DNA from: an uncultured Clostridia bacterium | Lineage (GTDB): Bacteria > Bacillota > Clostridia > Tissierellales > Sedimentibacteraceae | Length of the DNA stretch: 55,583 bases | Direction of reading: 5' to 3' | Assembly: GCA_937875315.1 (NCBI GenBank) | Contig: CALNCE010000020.1 | Span: 1 to 55,583, forward strand | Part shown: positions 1 through 10,233 of the stretch, piece after piece | Layout of the letters: every line of letters starts with the position of its first letter | How positions within the stretch are numbered: the stretch's first letter is position 1 | Position numbers and translations under genes: made by a program | The notes under the pieces: model-generated | Told to the model about the DNA's origin: nothing | Database searches by the model: none | The model's input: the letters and a program-made list of their open reading frames with translations, nothing else

Positions 1-2587
1 GTTCAATTGTTGATAAGCTTTCTTCCTTATACTTAATGGAATTTTTGTTTCTTTCAATTTCCATATTAATATTATTCAGCTTTTCTTCCATAAGCTTGAT
101 ATCCTGAGTAATCTTCGATACCTGATCTCTTTGCTTTAAAATTGTATTGTTGTATTCATCATATTTCAACTTATTGGAATTATTTAAGAGTACAGTTTCC
201 TCAATGCTTTTTTCTTTTTCCTCAACCAATAATTTTAGTTTTTCTGTTTCATTATTCAAGGCCCTTAGCTCATTTTCATATTGCTGCTTTTCTTTTTGTA
301 TGAAATTAATTTCTTCATTGTATTTGTTTATGACAGCAGTCGTTTTTTCGTTTTGTTCTGACAGCATTTTAATTTTTGAATTATTCATTTCATAATAATT
401 ATTTTTCTCATTAATAAAACCCTTAATTTCTTCTGTTAAACTACTATATTCTTTTATTTTTAAATTCAAAGAATTCAATGAATTATTTTTTTCTTGTAAT
501 TTTTTTGATAACTTATCAAGGCTGACTTTTAATTCGTCAATTTCTCTTTTTCTTCCCAAGAGTGCTTGGTTTTTGCTTATATGACCGCCTGTAACAGAGC
601 CCCCTGCATTTATTACGTCTCCTTGAAGTGTTACAATTTTAACTGTATTCCCTAATTTCTTGGATATTTTAAAACCGTTGTTCAGGTTGTCCACAATTAT
701 TATTCTTCCAAGTAAATTCTTAATGACAATTTCGTATTTGGGGCTTGTTTGAATTAAATTGTCTGCTGTGTCAATAACGCATTTTTCCTTGAGCACTTCT
801 CTTTCGAAGTTATTTAAACTTCTTTCCGCAAGCATATTAATAGGAAGAAATGTAACTCTCCCAATTTTATTTTTCTTTAAATATTCGATTATTTCTTCGG
901 CTTCCTTGTCAGTCTTAACGATTATATTTTGTATTGCAGAGCCTAATGCTATTTCAACAGCTGTTTCATACTTTTTATCTGTCTTTATTACATCGGCCAC
1001 TGTACCCAATATGCTGTTTAATACCGGCTCCTTGTCCTTGTTGTTCATTACAGTCTTTATACTTTTATAGTAGCCGTCATAATATGCTTCCATATTTGAA
1101 AGAATATTTATTTTTGATTTTGTGCCGTTATATTCTTCACTTAACTTAGAGCTCTGTAAATTAAGCGTTTCCTTGTTTTTTTCTGCACTTATTAATTCTT
1201 CCGATGTGCTTTTCAGTTCTGCTTTCTTTTGAGTCAACAGTTCAGTTGTAATACTTAGCTCATCCCGGAGATTGTTAATTATTTCTGTTCTGTTATTTCT
1301 TTCTTCTTCTTCAGAATTTACTTCTTGGTTTAAATGCTTAATTCTATCTCCGTTGTTAATTATTAATGATTCAATTGTGTTTTTACTTGAATTCTTTTTG
1401 TTGATATCTTTGTGAAGTTCAAATAACTCATTTTTTTGCTGCTCAATCAATTGCACAATTTCATCAATTTCTTTTTTATATTCTTTTATATCTGAGTTTA
1501 ATGATTCAAACTTCTCGGTATCTCTCTTGTATATTTCTTCATACGAAGCTTTTTCCCGGATTAAGATATTAATATTTTCATTTAATTCCAAGTTCCTTTT
1601 ATCAAGTCCTGCTATTTCATTTTTGATATTTTCTATGTTGGAGCTGTATAACAGTTTCTTTTCTTTGTGAACTTGGCTTAAGCTGTTATAGTTCTCCAAT
1701 TCCTTATTCTTTGAATCTCTTAGCTCTTCAGTTTCACTAATTTTATTTTGAAGTTCATTAATTTTCTCTTTTTGAGATTCAATAATTTCAGAATAGTTGT
1801 CTCTTCTTTTTTGAAACCTTGTCTTGTCTTCCAATGACATATCTCTTTGGTTTTTGAGAGCTTTAAGCTGCTCACTTCGTTTTTCGTATTCATGAGATAA
1901 ATAATTCAGCTCGTACTTTTTTAAATTATCTCTGATTTCAATAAATTTCTGTGCCCGTATGCTTTGTTCATAAAGAGGTTCAATACGCTCCTTAAGCTCA
2001 TATATAATATCTTCTGCTCTTTCCAAATTATTCTTTGTCTTTTCAAGCTTTCTTTCAGATTCCTCTTTTCTTACCTTGTATTTTACAATTCCGGAAGCTT
2101 CCTCAAAAACTTGTCTTCTCACATCAGAATTAGGGCTTAAAATATCCTCCACCCTGCCTTGTCCAATAAAAGAATAACCTTCTCTTCCTATTCCGGTATC
2201 CATAAAAAGCTCTTTAATATCTTTGAGTCTGCATTGCTGTTTGTTTATGTAATATTCACTTTCACCTGTCCTGTAGAGTTTCCTGCTGATGCTTACTTCC
2301 TTGTATTCAAGGGGTATTGTACCTAATTCGTTGTTAAAAATAAGCCTTACCTCAGCATAGCCCAAAGGGAGCCTCTTTGCTGTTCCGGCAAAAATAACAT
2401 CATCCATTTTGCCACCTCTGAGAGATTTTGCACTTTGCTCTCCCAAAACCCACTTAATGGCATCGGAAATGTTGCTTTTTCCGCTCCCGTTCGGTCCTAC
2501 GATAGCTGTAATACCTTTTTCAACTTCTATTTCTGTTTTTTCCGCAAAAGATTTAAATCCGTTTACATATATCTTTTTTAAATACAT
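1..2587 (-). CDS. smc: Chromosome segregation protein SMC (N-terminal part; runs off the window's left edge)
   Basis: Not in ORF track (no stop within window). Manual translation from ATG at 2587: MYLKKIYVNGFKSFAEK...GPNGSGKSNISDAIKWVLGEQSAKSLRGGKMDDVIFAG, then coiled coil and hinge (GRVTFLP). Confidence 0.97.
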   Translation of the reverse strand, partial: MYLKKIYVNGFKSFAEKTEIEVEKGITAIVGPNGSGKSNISDAIKWVLGEQSAKSLRGGKMDDVIFAGTAKRLPLGYAEVRLIFNNELGTIPLEYKEVSISRKLYRTGESEYYINKQQCRLKDIKELFMDTGIGREGYSFIGQGRVEDILSPNSDVRRQVFEEASGIVKYKVRKEESERKLEKTKNNLERAEDIIYELKERIEPLYEQSIRAQKFIEIRDNLKKYELNYLSHEYEKRSEQLKALKNQRDMSLEDKTRFQKRRDNYSEIIESQKEKINELQNKISETEELRDSKNKELENYNSLSQVHKEKKLLYSSNIENIKNEIAGLDKRNLELNENINILIREKASYEEIYKRDTEKFESLNSDIKEYKKEIDEIVQLIEQQKNELFELHKDINKKNSSKNTIESLIINNGDRIKHLNQEVNSEEEERNNRTEIINNLRDELSITTELLTQKKAELKSTSEELISAEKNKETLNLQSSKLSEEYNGTKSKINILSNMEAYYDGYYKSIKTVMNNKDKEPVLNSILGTVADVIKTDKKYETAVEIALGSAIQNIIVKTDKEAEEIIEYLKKNKIGRVTFLPINMLAERSLNNFEREVLKEKCVIDTADNLIQTSPKYEIVIKNLLGRIIIVDNLNNGFKISKKLGNTVKIVTLQGDVINAGGSVTGGHISKNQALLGRKREIDELKVSLDKLSKKLQEKNNSLNSLNLKIKEYSSLTEEIKGFINEKNNYYEMNNSKIKMLSEQNEKTTAVINKYNEEINFIQKEKQQYENELRALNNETEKLKLLVEEKEKSIEETVLLNNSNKLKYDEYNNTILKQRDQVSKITQDIKLMEEKLNNINMEIERNKNSIKYKEESLSTIE

Positions 2588-3675
2588 AGCTCCCCCTGTT
2601 GCATATTCAGATAGTTTTGAAATATTTCTGAGCTGTTAAAGCTGCATAATCTTTTATTTTTATGATATATTTCAATTATATCATCATTTTTCTTCTTAAA
2701 GTATATTTGTTTTATTGAAAATTTTTCTTTCAATTTATTGATATTAGTTTTTTTTTGGCCTGCAATACAGCTTATGAGATTGTCAGGTGCATGAATCACA
2801 ATGCTGTCTTTAAGCTTTTGTATATTCAATTTAATCAATTTTGAGATTAATACATAATAGTAAATTCTTTCTTCAACCAATTGCCTGAAAGCAGGATGAA
2901 AGGGTCCCGCTTTAACATCTTCATCTTCGTTAATGGAGTCTGTATTTTGAAGTCCTATTCTTATAACATTTATATCATTAACCCTGTATAGGCTGTAGAT
3001 ATATGCGGATATTTCTACTGCCTCATCTATGGAAAGAGGTTTAAAGGAGCCCTTTTCATACATATCAAAAAGCTCCGTTTCCTTTATTATTAGTGTGGGA
3101 TAAATTCTCACAATGTCGGGTTTCATTTCAATGGATTCAACACATGTTTTTATGTCAACTTCTTTGCTGCTTCCCGGAAGTCCCGGCATTATCTGGTGAC
3201 CTAAAATAAATCCATGTTCTTTTATAAGCCGGCTTGCCTCAATGGACTGCTTTTTATTGTGTCCTCGGTTTGAATTTTTCAAAACCTCATCATCGAGGCT
3301 TTGAATTCCTAATTCAATTATATCCATTCCGTACTTTTTTTGCAGCTTTAGTATTTCGTCATTTATTGCATCCGGTCTTGTGGAGCATCTTATACTGTTT
3401 ACAATTCCTAAATCCTTGTAGTATTTGGCAGCCCTTAATAATTCCTTCTGAATTTCAATATCGATTGCCGTAAATGAGCCGCCAAAAAATGCAATTTCTG
3501 TATGGGTACCCTCATTAATTGTTTCAATATATTTTCTAACAGTATTATGAACATATTCCCCATCAGCAATAACATTTTTCTGTCCTGTAATTCTTCTTTG
3601 GTTGCAAAATACACAGTTGTTTGGACAGCCTACATGAGGTACAAAAATGGGGATAATTTTCATTTTCTTATTCAT
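2578..3675 (-). CDS. Radical SAM protein (Elp3-like, no acetyltransferase domain)
   Basis: CPNNCVFC (CxxxCxxC), FFGGSFT, STRPD, ELGIQS motifs; lies between rnc and smc as is common in clostridia. Confidence 0.88.
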   Translation of the reverse strand: MNKKMKIIPIFVPHVGCPNNCVFCNQRRITGQKNVIADGEYVHNTVRKYIETINEGTHTEIAFFGGSFTAIDIEIQKELLRAAKYYKDLGIVNSIRCSTRPDAINDEILKLQKKYGMDIIELGIQSLDDEVLKNSNRGHNKKQSIEASRLIKEHGFILGHQIMPGLPGSSKEVDIKTCVESIEMKPDIVRIYPTLIIKETELFDMYEKGSFKPLSIDEAVEISAYIYSLYRVNDINVIRIGLQNTDSINEDEDVKAGPFHPAFRQLVEERIYYYVLISKLIKLNIQKLKDSIVIHAPDNLISCIAGQKKTNINKLKEKFSIKQIYFKKKNDDIIEIYHKNKRLCSFNSSEIFQNYLNMQQGELCI

Positions 3676-4375
3676 TTAACAGTCCTTCTTGTATAAGTGC
3701 ATCCTTGGCGGCATTTTGCTCGGCTACTTTCTTATTCTTTCCAACGCCTTTTCCCACCACATTTTTGTTAACCACCACATTAACATAAAATACTTTTTCG
3801 TGGTCAGGTCCTTCTTCCTTTGTTACTACATATCTGATTTTGCAAAGCTGACTTTTGCTTTGATAGTATTCTTGAAGGTATGATTTAAAATCCGTTACAA
3901 TTTTACCTTTTACGGCAAGTTTTATGTACTTTGTTAAATTCTCCAATACGAATTTTTCAGCCTGCTTGTATCCTCCGTCTAAATATATGGCAGCTATTAC
4001 CGATTCAACAGCATCTGCCAATATTGAGCTTCTTTCCCTGCCTCCTGAAGCTTCTTCGCCTTTTCCCAAAAGCAAATATTTCCCTAAATTTAGATTCCCG
4101 GCCACCAAGCTTAATGTATCCTCGCAAACTACCTGAGCCCTTAATTTTGTCAAGTCTCCTTCAGGATAGTCAGGAAATTCATCAAAAATATATCGGCTTA
4201 CTGAAATACTTAAGACTGCATCTCCCAAAAACTCAAGTCTTTCATTATTTACCTTGCTATATGTCTTATCCTCATTTGAATATGAACTGTGTGTCAAGGA
4301 TTTTTGCAGTATTTCAATATTGTTAAATTTGTAATTAATTATTTTTTCGAACTCATATACTGAATCTGTAATCAT
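3668..4375 (-). CDS. rnc: Ribonuclease III
   Basis: NERLEFLGDAVL signature and C-terminal dsRBD; start moved to ATG 4375 behind GGAGG. Confidence 0.97.
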   Translation of the reverse strand: MITDSVYEFEKIINYKFNNIEILQKSLTHSSYSNEDKTYSKVNNERLEFLGDAVLSISVSRYIFDEFPDYPEGDLTKLRAQVVCEDTLSLVAGNLNLGKYLLLGKGEEASGGRERSSILADAVESVIAAIYLDGGYKQAEKFVLENLTKYIKLAVKGKIVTDFKSYLQEYYQSKSQLCKIRYVVTKEEGPDHEKVFYVNVVVNKNVVGKGVGKNKKVAEQNAAKDALIQEGLLNE

Positions 4376-4448
4376 TTTTCCCTCCGGGTTATAATTGCTT
4401 ATTACTATAATGAACAATTTCATTAAAATAATAAATAATCATATAATA

Positions 4449-4559
4449 GGGGACATTCCTCAACCCCAAAGACCTAAAATTGGGGACATTCCTCGACCCC
4501 AAAGACTATCCCTAAGCAGAGGTGTGTCCCCATACCTTATTCGGTGTGTCCCCATACCT
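4449..4559. repeat. REP-like palindromic element with duplicated arms
   Basis: GGGGACATTCCTC(A/G)ACCCCAAAGAC at 4449-4473 and 4482-4506; GGTGTGTCCCCATACCT at 4521-4537 and 4543-4559; GGGGACA/TGTCCCC are complementary; related copy at 33954-34013. Confidence 0.8.
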
Positions 4560-4561
4560 AT

Positions 4562-4789
4562 TTAACTATTTATTTCTTCCAAGTATTTTACTATATCTCC
4601 TACTGTTTTAATTTTTTCAATACTTTCATCATCAACTTCAATGTCGAATTCGTCTTCAATTGCCATAACCAATTCAAAAAGTGTTATTGAATCCGCCTCT
4701 AAATCGTCTGTAAAGGATGTTTCCATTGAAATGTCTTCAGGCTCAACACCAACCTTTTCTGCCACTAATTCCTTAATTCTTTCAAACAC
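4562..4789 (-). CDS. acpP: Acyl carrier protein
   Basis: DDLEADSITLFELVMAIEDEF phosphopantetheine motif; GTG start behind GGAGGTGA. Confidence 0.96.
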   Translation of the reverse strand: MFERIKELVAEKVGVEPEDISMETSFTDDLEADSITLFELVMAIEDEFDIEVDDESIEKIKTVGDIVKYLEEINS

Positions 4790-4794
4790 ATCAT

Positions 4795-5793
4795 TCACCT
4801 CCTCATTATGCTTTGTTCAATTAATTCATTCACATTGCTTTCACAGCAAATTTTCGCCTGACGAATGGCATTTTTAATTGCCTTTGCATTAGAACTGCCG
4901 TGTGCTTTTATTACCGGAGCCTTAACTCCCAATAGGGGAGCACCGCCATGCTCTGAATAATCAAATTTTCTTTTGAAGTTTTTAAGTGCCGGCTTAATTA
5001 ATACACCGCCTATTTTAGACCTCATGCCCGCCATGATTTCTGCTTTCAAGCCGTTCATAAGTTCCTGCACCGTACCCTCCATAGTTTTCAATATCATATT
5101 TCCCGTAAAACCGTCACATACTACTATATCAGCTTCTCCCTTAAGTATGTCTCTTGCTTCAATATTGCCTGTGAAATTAAGGTCAAGATGAGAATTTTTA
5201 AGCAATTCGTATGTCTCAACAGTTAATTTGTTCCCCTTGGAGCTTTCCGTTCCTATATTTGCTAAGGCAATCCTTGGGGAGCTGATATTCATAACTCTTT
5301 TCAAGTAAATATCACCCATAATGGCAAAGTCATATAAAAACTCCGGTTTTGAATCCACATTTGCACCGGAATCTATCAATAAGCAAAAACCCCCTGCTAT
5401 ACAAGGTATCAGTGAGCCTATTGCGGGTCTTTCAATTCCTTTAATTCTTCCTACAAGAAGAGTTCCGCCGCTTAATAATGCTCCTGTGCTGCCCGCTGAT
5501 ACAATTGCATCAGCTTTGCCTTCCTTAACTGCATATAAAGCTTTAACCATTGAAGAGTCTTTCTTGCGCCTTATTGCCAAAACAGGTTTGTCATCATTTG
5601 ATATTATGTCTTCTGCATTAATGAGCTCAATATTATTGAAATTTGATGTGTTTTTTTCTAATATTCTTTTAATTTCAATTTCTTTTCCGGAAAGTATTAT
5701 ACCGAGGTTATATTCATCTCTAGCCTGTATACTTCCTATTATAACTGCCTCCGGTGCATTGTCTCCGCCCATGGCATCAATTGCAATTTTCAT
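4795..5793 (-). CDS. plsX: Phosphate acyltransferase PlsX
   Basis: KIAIDAMGGDNAP, SAGSTGA, VCDGFTGN, KAHGSS motifs. Confidence 0.97.
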   Translation of the reverse strand: MKIAIDAMGGDNAPEAVIIGSIQARDEYNLGIILSGKEIEIKRILEKNTSNFNNIELINAEDIISNDDKPVLAIRRKKDSSMVKALYAVKEGKADAIVSAGSTGALLSGGTLLVGRIKGIERPAIGSLIPCIAGGFCLLIDSGANVDSKPEFLYDFAIMGDIYLKRVMNISSPRIALANIGTESSKGNKLTVETYELLKNSHLDLNFTGNIEARDILKGEADIVVCDGFTGNMILKTMEGTVQELMNGLKAEIMAGMRSKIGGVLIKPALKNFKRKFDYSEHGGAPLLGVKAPVIKAHGSSNAKAIKNAIRQAKICCESNVNELIEQSIMRR

Positions 5794-5852
5794 ATTCACC
5801 TCTATCTTATATACTTATATCAGTATATAGCAGTAATATTTGTTTTGCAATA

Positions 5853-5879
5853 AAAAAATAGTGCCAAGCACTATTTTTT
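5853..5879. terminator. Intrinsic terminator downstream of rpmF
   Basis: AAAAAATAGTGC-CAA-GCACTATTTTTT hairpin with A/T tails. Confidence 0.7.
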
Positions 5880-5909
5880 ATAGCTCTGACAAGATTTAGA
5901 GCACTTTTT

Positions 5910-6089
5910 CTATTCTACGGCTACCACTTCTTTACCGTCATAATATCCGCATGCTGCGCATACTCTGTGAGGTAGCTTTGGTTCATGACATTGTGGGCAT
6001 TCCACAGTATTAGGAACAGTTAATTTCGCATTGGACGCTCTTCTTGAATCTCTTTTGGCTTTGGAAGTTTTTCTCTTAGGTACTGCCAT
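5910..6089 (-). CDS. rpmF: 50S ribosomal protein L32 (Zn-ribbon form)
   Basis: Below ORF-track cutoff. Manual translation [59 protein letters not shown]; RBS GGAGGTG. Confidence 0.97.
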   Translation of the reverse strand: MAVPKRKTSKAKRDSRRASNAKLTVPNTVECPQCHEPKLPHRVCAACGYYDGKEVVAVE

Positions 6090-6101
6090 TTTTACACCTC
6101 C

Positions 6102-6596
6102 TTATTTCAACAGGTCTTTCAACTTATCAAATCGTGAGTCTGTTAAGCTGTTTTCACATTGACATTTTTCATTATTTAAGTTTGCTCCGCAATTGGGGCA
6201 TATGCCTTTACAGTCTTTATCGCACAAAGATTTCATTGGCAGGGATAAATAAATCAACTGTTTGATTGTATCATCCATTTTTATAATTCCATCTGTTATA
6301 ACCATTTGAACTTCATCAGATTCCATATCTTCTTTTTGTACAACGGCTGCCTGGAATTTGGTTTCAATTCTATTGTCAAACTCCTGTAAACATCTTGCAC
6401 ATTCATCTGCGAGAGTATATTCTATTTTCCCTGAAAATGTTACACTGTCATCAGTTTTGAATATTTCGCCGGTTAATAAAACATTTTTGTCAAGACGTGT
6501 TTCATCTAAGAACTCATCATCATCTATTGCAAAATTTTCTTTTACTATCAAAGATACATCATCAGATGATAAAAACTTGTTTATCTTAAGCAACAT
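6102..6596 (-). CDS. yceD: YceD/DUF177 family protein
   Basis: ECARCL and LCDKDCKGICPNCGANLN motifs; upstream of rpmF. Confidence 0.92.
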   Translation of the reverse strand: MLLKINKFLSSDDVSLIVKENFAIDDDEFLDETRLDKNVLLTGEIFKTDDSVTFSGKIEYTLADECARCLQEFDNRIETKFQAAVVQKEDMESDEVQMVITDGIIKMDDTIKQLIYLSLPMKSLCDKDCKGICPNCGANLNNEKCQCENSLTDSRFDKLKDLLK

Positions 6597-6625
6597 AATA
6601 CCACCCTTTTTAATTCGCAGAGTTT

Positions 6626-6654
6626 ATTATATGAGAAAAGAAAATATTTGTCAA
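6626..6654 (-). promoter_or_regulatory. SigA promoter of yceD-rpmF
   Basis: Perfect TTGACA-17 bp-TATAAT on the - strand. Confidence 0.85.
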
Positions 6655-6673
6655 GGTTATATTTCTTAAGGCA

Positions 6674-7870
6674 TTATTTACTTGTAAATTCCTTTGTATC
6701 TCTTGCAATCACAAGTTCTTCGTTTGTAGGAATAACAAATACTTTTACTTTAGAGCCATCCTTTGATATTTCAGCTTCTTTCCCCCGTATTTTGTTCTTT
6801 TCATCATCTATTTCAACTCCAAGAAATTCCAAGCCATCACATATCTGTTTTCTTGCAGTTGAAGAATTTTCACCAAGGCCTGCAGTAAATACTACATAAT
6901 CCAGTCCTCCCATTGCTGCTGCGTAGGAGCCTATATATTTTTTTACTGTATATGCAAATTTATCTAATGCCAAACGAGCTCTCATATTTCCTTTATCTGC
7001 CTCAGCTTCAATGTCTCTAAAATCGTTTGAAACACCTGAAATACCCAAGACTCCGGATTTTTTATTCATTAGATTGTCAACCTGTTCAGCTGTCATGTCT
7101 TGCTTACACATTAAGAATGTTACTATTGCAGGGTCTATATCACCGCATCTTGTTCCCATTACCAAACCTTCAAGAGGAGTCATACCCATGCTTGTGTCAA
7201 AGGAGCATCCATCCTTAATTGCTGTTAAACTTGCTCCATTTCCTAAGTGGCATGTAACTATTTTGGTTCCTTCAAGTCTTTTGCCTGTTAAACCGGCAAC
7301 TCTTTCAGAAACATATTTATGTGATGTTCCGTGGAATCCGTATCTTCTTATTTTCATCTCTTCATATAATTCATAAGGCAATGGATAAATGTAGGATACA
7401 GGAGGCATTGTCTGATGGAATGCAGTATCAAATACTCCTACCATGGGCACATCCGGCAATATTTCCTTGCATGCTTCAATACCTATGATGTTTGGAGGAT
7501 TGTGAAGAGGTGCCAATCCTATATTCTCTTTCATTGTGTCAATAACTTCATCGTTAATTACTACTGAACATGCAAATTTCTCTCCGCCGTGAACTACTCT
7601 GTGTCCGATAGCATCAATTTCGTCCAATGAGCTGACTGCTCCGTATTTTTCGTCAAGCAGTGCTTTCAGCATAAGGTTTACTGCATCCTTATGATTTTTT
7701 AAATCTTCTTCAATAATTAATTTGTCCTGTCCCGGTTTTTCATGTTTTAATAAACTGCCTTCAATTCCTATTCTTTCAACTAAACCTTTAGCTAAAACAC
7801 TTTCATCATCCATATTTATTAATTGATATTTTAATGATGAACTACCGCAGTTAATTACTAATACATTCAT
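6674..7870 (-). CDS. ackA: Acetate kinase
   Basis: [44 protein letters not shown]. Confidence 0.97.
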   Translation of the reverse strand: MNVLVINCGSSSLKYQLINMDDESVLAKGLVERIGIEGSLLKHEKPGQDKLIIEEDLKNHKDAVNLMLKALLDEKYGAVSSLDEIDAIGHRVVHGGEKFACSVVINDEVIDTMKENIGLAPLHNPPNIIGIEACKEILPDVPMVGVFDTAFHQTMPPVSYIYPLPYELYEEMKIRRYGFHGTSHKYVSERVAGLTGKRLEGTKIVTCHLGNGASLTAIKDGCSFDTSMGMTPLEGLVMGTRCGDIDPAIVTFLMCKQDMTAEQVDNLMNKKSGVLGISGVSNDFRDIEAEADKGNMRARLALDKFAYTVKKYIGSYAAAMGGLDYVVFTAGLGENSSTARKQICDGLEFLGVEIDDEKNKIRGKEAEISKDGSKVKVFVIPTNEELVIARDTKEFTSK

Positions 7871-7917
7871 ATTATTCCTCCATAGTTTTTTTATATATAA
7901 AATCTTTAAGATTTTAA

Positions 7918-8487
7918 TCAACATTTAATAATTTTTTCTATTTTTTTGTTATTTAATACAAAGATATCACAGTTTGATATTTTATAATTCCACAATGTAT
8001 CATCATCGACTATTTTGAAATACAAAAGTACCGATTGAATTACACCGTAATGAGTTAATATTAACGAATTGTCAGGTACATTATCTATAAAGCATGAAAT
8101 TCTGTCAATTATGTCATCATAACCTTCCCCTTTCGGGAAGATATATTTATGTTTAAATTCAATCCAGCTTTCTATTTCACCTGAATACATCCGGACTATT
8201 TCTTCCCACGTAAGATTCTCAAAAATGCCAAAATTAACCTCTGTTAACCGGTTATCAATAATTATATCTTTTTTATTGAAACCAATTTCATCTGCTATTA
8301 TTTCCGCCGTATTTTTTGCTCTTTTTAACGGGCTTGAAAAAATTTTATGTATTATTTTACCCTTTAATTTCTTACCTGAATTTACTGCCTGCAATCTACC
8401 GGTTTCAGTCAGTTCAACATCTGTTATTCCGCTGAATCTCCTGCTTGTATTTGCTTCAGATTCTCCGTGGCGCACTAAGTATATCAT
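7918..8487 (-). CDS. cobC: Histidine phosphatase, probable alpha-ribazole-5'-phosphate phosphatase
   Basis: [29 protein letters not shown]; downstream of cobS; start trimmed to ATG 8487. Confidence 0.8.
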   Translation of the reverse strand: MIYLVRHGESEANTSRRFSGITDVELTETGRLQAVNSGKKLKGKIIHKIFSSPLKRAKNTAEIIADEIGFNKKDIIIDNRLTEVNFGIFENLTWEEIVRMYSGEIESWIEFKHKYIFPKGEGYDDIIDRISCFIDNVPDNSLILTHYGVIQSVLLYFKIVDDDTLWNYKISNCDIFVLNNKKIEKIIKC

Positions 8488-8489
8488 AA

Positions 8490-9221
8490 CTACCTCATTA
8501 AGAAAAGTACAGTTGTCATAAAAACTATTTGGCTTATTTCTATAATAGCTCCGCATGTATCCCCTGTCATTCCGCCTATTTTTTCGTCTATCAATGTAGA
8601 TATGAAATATGAAACGGCAATTGCAGCAAAGCATGCAGTAAATATGATTGTTCTGTACCATGAAAGCATTGAAAAAACAGATAATATAATTAAATTTACG
8701 GCTACAACCCTGCTATTTATATTTTCAATAAATGCAGTTCCCATACCCTTTGAATTCTTGGCATATTTTTTATTCCAACAAGCAGCTATTGCACTTGCCC
8801 TTCCTGCAACAGGCATCATAAAAACAGTTTCAATGCTGCTGAAGGAAAACAGAACATATTGTGAAAGCACAATTAAAATCAATGTAATAACTCCAAAGCT
8901 TCCTATGCGGGAATCACTCATTATTTCAAAAATTTCATCCCCTGTTCTTCCGGATAATAAACCGTCTGAAGTATCGGCAGCACCATCTAAATGAATGCCG
9001 CCGGTTATAACAATATACATAACAGTAATTAACAGTCCTCTGATAAAGGATATTTGATTGTTAAAAATTAAATATATAACAGCTAAAAGAAAACCTATTA
9101 CCACTCCTACAAGCGTGTAAAGATTCAGTGAGCTTATAAAATTTTCTTCATTAAATTCTATTTTTCTTCCGACAGGAATTCGAGTAAAAAAAGAAATGAG
9201 AATTAAAAATCCTGAGGCCAT
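8490..9221 (-). CDS. cobS: Adenosylcobinamide-GDP ribazoletransferase
   Basis: FFTRIP, TGGIHLDGAADTSDG, MSDSRIGSFG, GGMTGDTCGA. Confidence 0.95.
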   Translation of the reverse strand: MASGFLILISFFTRIPVGRKIEFNEENFISSLNLYTLVGVVIGFLLAVIYLIFNNQISFIRGLLITVMYIVITGGIHLDGAADTSDGLLSGRTGDEIFEIMSDSRIGSFGVITLILIVLSQYVLFSFSSIETVFMMPVAGRASAIAACWNKKYAKNSKGMGTAFIENINSRVVAVNLIILSVFSMLSWYRTIIFTACFAAIAVSYFISTLIDEKIGGMTGDTCGAIIEISQIVFMTTVLFLMR

Positions 9222-9796
9222 TTTACCATTTCTCCTTTATGTTTAAGCTTAATTGGTATTCCTGAAAAAATAAAATACATATGCTCAGCTTGTATTCCAA
9301 TTTTATTATTAATCCTTCCGCTTATATCTCTGAAATAATTTCCCATGTAGTAAGAAGGTACAACACCCATACCTGTCTCGTTAGATACTATTATTAGTTT
9401 TTTATTGTTTTCATTGCATACATTTATTAAAGAAAAAACCTCTTCGGTGATTTTATTTTCCAATAGATTTACATCTTTGGCGCTGCAGGTGTCAAAATCC
9501 AATTTGCTTTCAACCATGAAATTTCCAATCATTGTTGTTATGCAGTCCATAAGAATTACTTCTGACTGCTTGAATTCAGCTTTATTGATAAGTGTTGTAA
9601 AATCAGAATACATCTCCAAAGTCAGCCAGGATGATGGTCTTTGCTCTCTGTGTTTTTTTACCCGGTCAGCCATTGCCTGATCTGTTACAGTTGCTGCCGC
9701 TATGTACAATACATTGTCCGAATATTCTTTTGCTTTTAATTCCGCAAATGTGCTCTTTCCGCTTCTCGCACCACCGATAACAAATATAACGCTCAT
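9203..9796 (-). CDS. cobU: Bifunctional adenosylcobinamide kinase/phosphate guanylyltransferase
   Basis: GGARSGKSTFAE, HREQRP, VSNETGMGVVP. Confidence 0.95.
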   Translation of the reverse strand: MSVIFVIGGARSGKSTFAELKAKEYSDNVLYIAAATVTDQAMADRVKKHREQRPSSWLTLEMYSDFTTLINKAEFKQSEVILMDCITTMIGNFMVESKLDFDTCSAKDVNLLENKITEEVFSLINVCNENNKKLIIVSNETGMGVVPSYYMGNYFRDISGRINNKIGIQAEHMYFIFSGIPIKLKHKGEMVKWPQDF

Positions 9797-9874
9797 TATA
9801 TCACCATTCAATATTTTTTCCACCAACACTAAACAGTATATCATTTATTTAATAAAAAATAAACAATGAATTTT

Positions 9875-10176
9875 AAAATTTTAGGGGCAGCTCTTATTGT
9901 ATAATTTCAGCAATTTCAGGGACTGTTCCTACTGCTTAGGGAAAATGATAAAAATGTGAGAGAACATTTGCAGGACACGACTATAATTCTTAGCGAATGC
10001 AGACTAAAAATCCGTTAAGCAGCTTGCACTGTTTGAACGAAGTGAGTTTGCAAGCTGTAGGATTTTTAGACGGAATGAGCTATTAGAATTATTCGTGTCC
10101 GAAACCGTGAACGATATTTTTATCATTTTCCTCCACTGTGAATAATAACACGACAAAGAGCCGTCCCCAAAATTTT
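9875..10176. mobile_element. MITE/REPIN-like non-coding element: 21-bp imperfect terminal inverted repeats enclosing a ~190-bp interrupted hairpin
   Basis: TIRs AAAATTTTAGGGGCAGCTCTT (9875-9895) / AAGAGCCGTCCCCAAAATTTT (10156-10176), 18/21 complementary; nested stems 9940-9955/10116-10131, 9973-9980/10093-10100, 9983-9990/10085-10092, 10004-10013/10060-10069, 10020-10028/10049-10057. Confidence 0.7.
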
Positions 10177-10233
10177 GTTGACTTTGGGGTTGATTATAAT
10201 TAAGATATATGTAAAAGTCGAAGGGATATAATC

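Noticed and set aside
147-2639. Short + strand ORFs (82, 103, 71, 76 aa) and similar antisense ORFs throughout the track
   Set aside because: They lie opposite well-supported genes (smc, plsX, ackA, NSS, comM, thiI and others) and lack recognisable motifs; shadow ORFs.
2578-3675. Radical SAM gene as a novel system
   Set aside because: Function is uncertain, but it is a common conserved neighbour of rnc/smc in clostridia; nothing locus-specific seen.
4449-4559. Possible mini CRISPR array
   Set aside because: Two different units repeated only twice, separated by 5-8 bp rather than spacer-sized sequences; no cas genes in the window.
8488-8661. N-terminal extension of the cobC ORF (likewise rnc, ackA, cobU, rnz and others)
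   Set aside because: Overlaps the neighbouring gene or promoter; family motifs and RBS support the internal starts.
9875-10176. Cobalamin riboswitch upstream of cobU
   Set aside because: No B12-box or GCCACTG-type conserved elements on the - strand; the structure is one long rod with terminal repeats.
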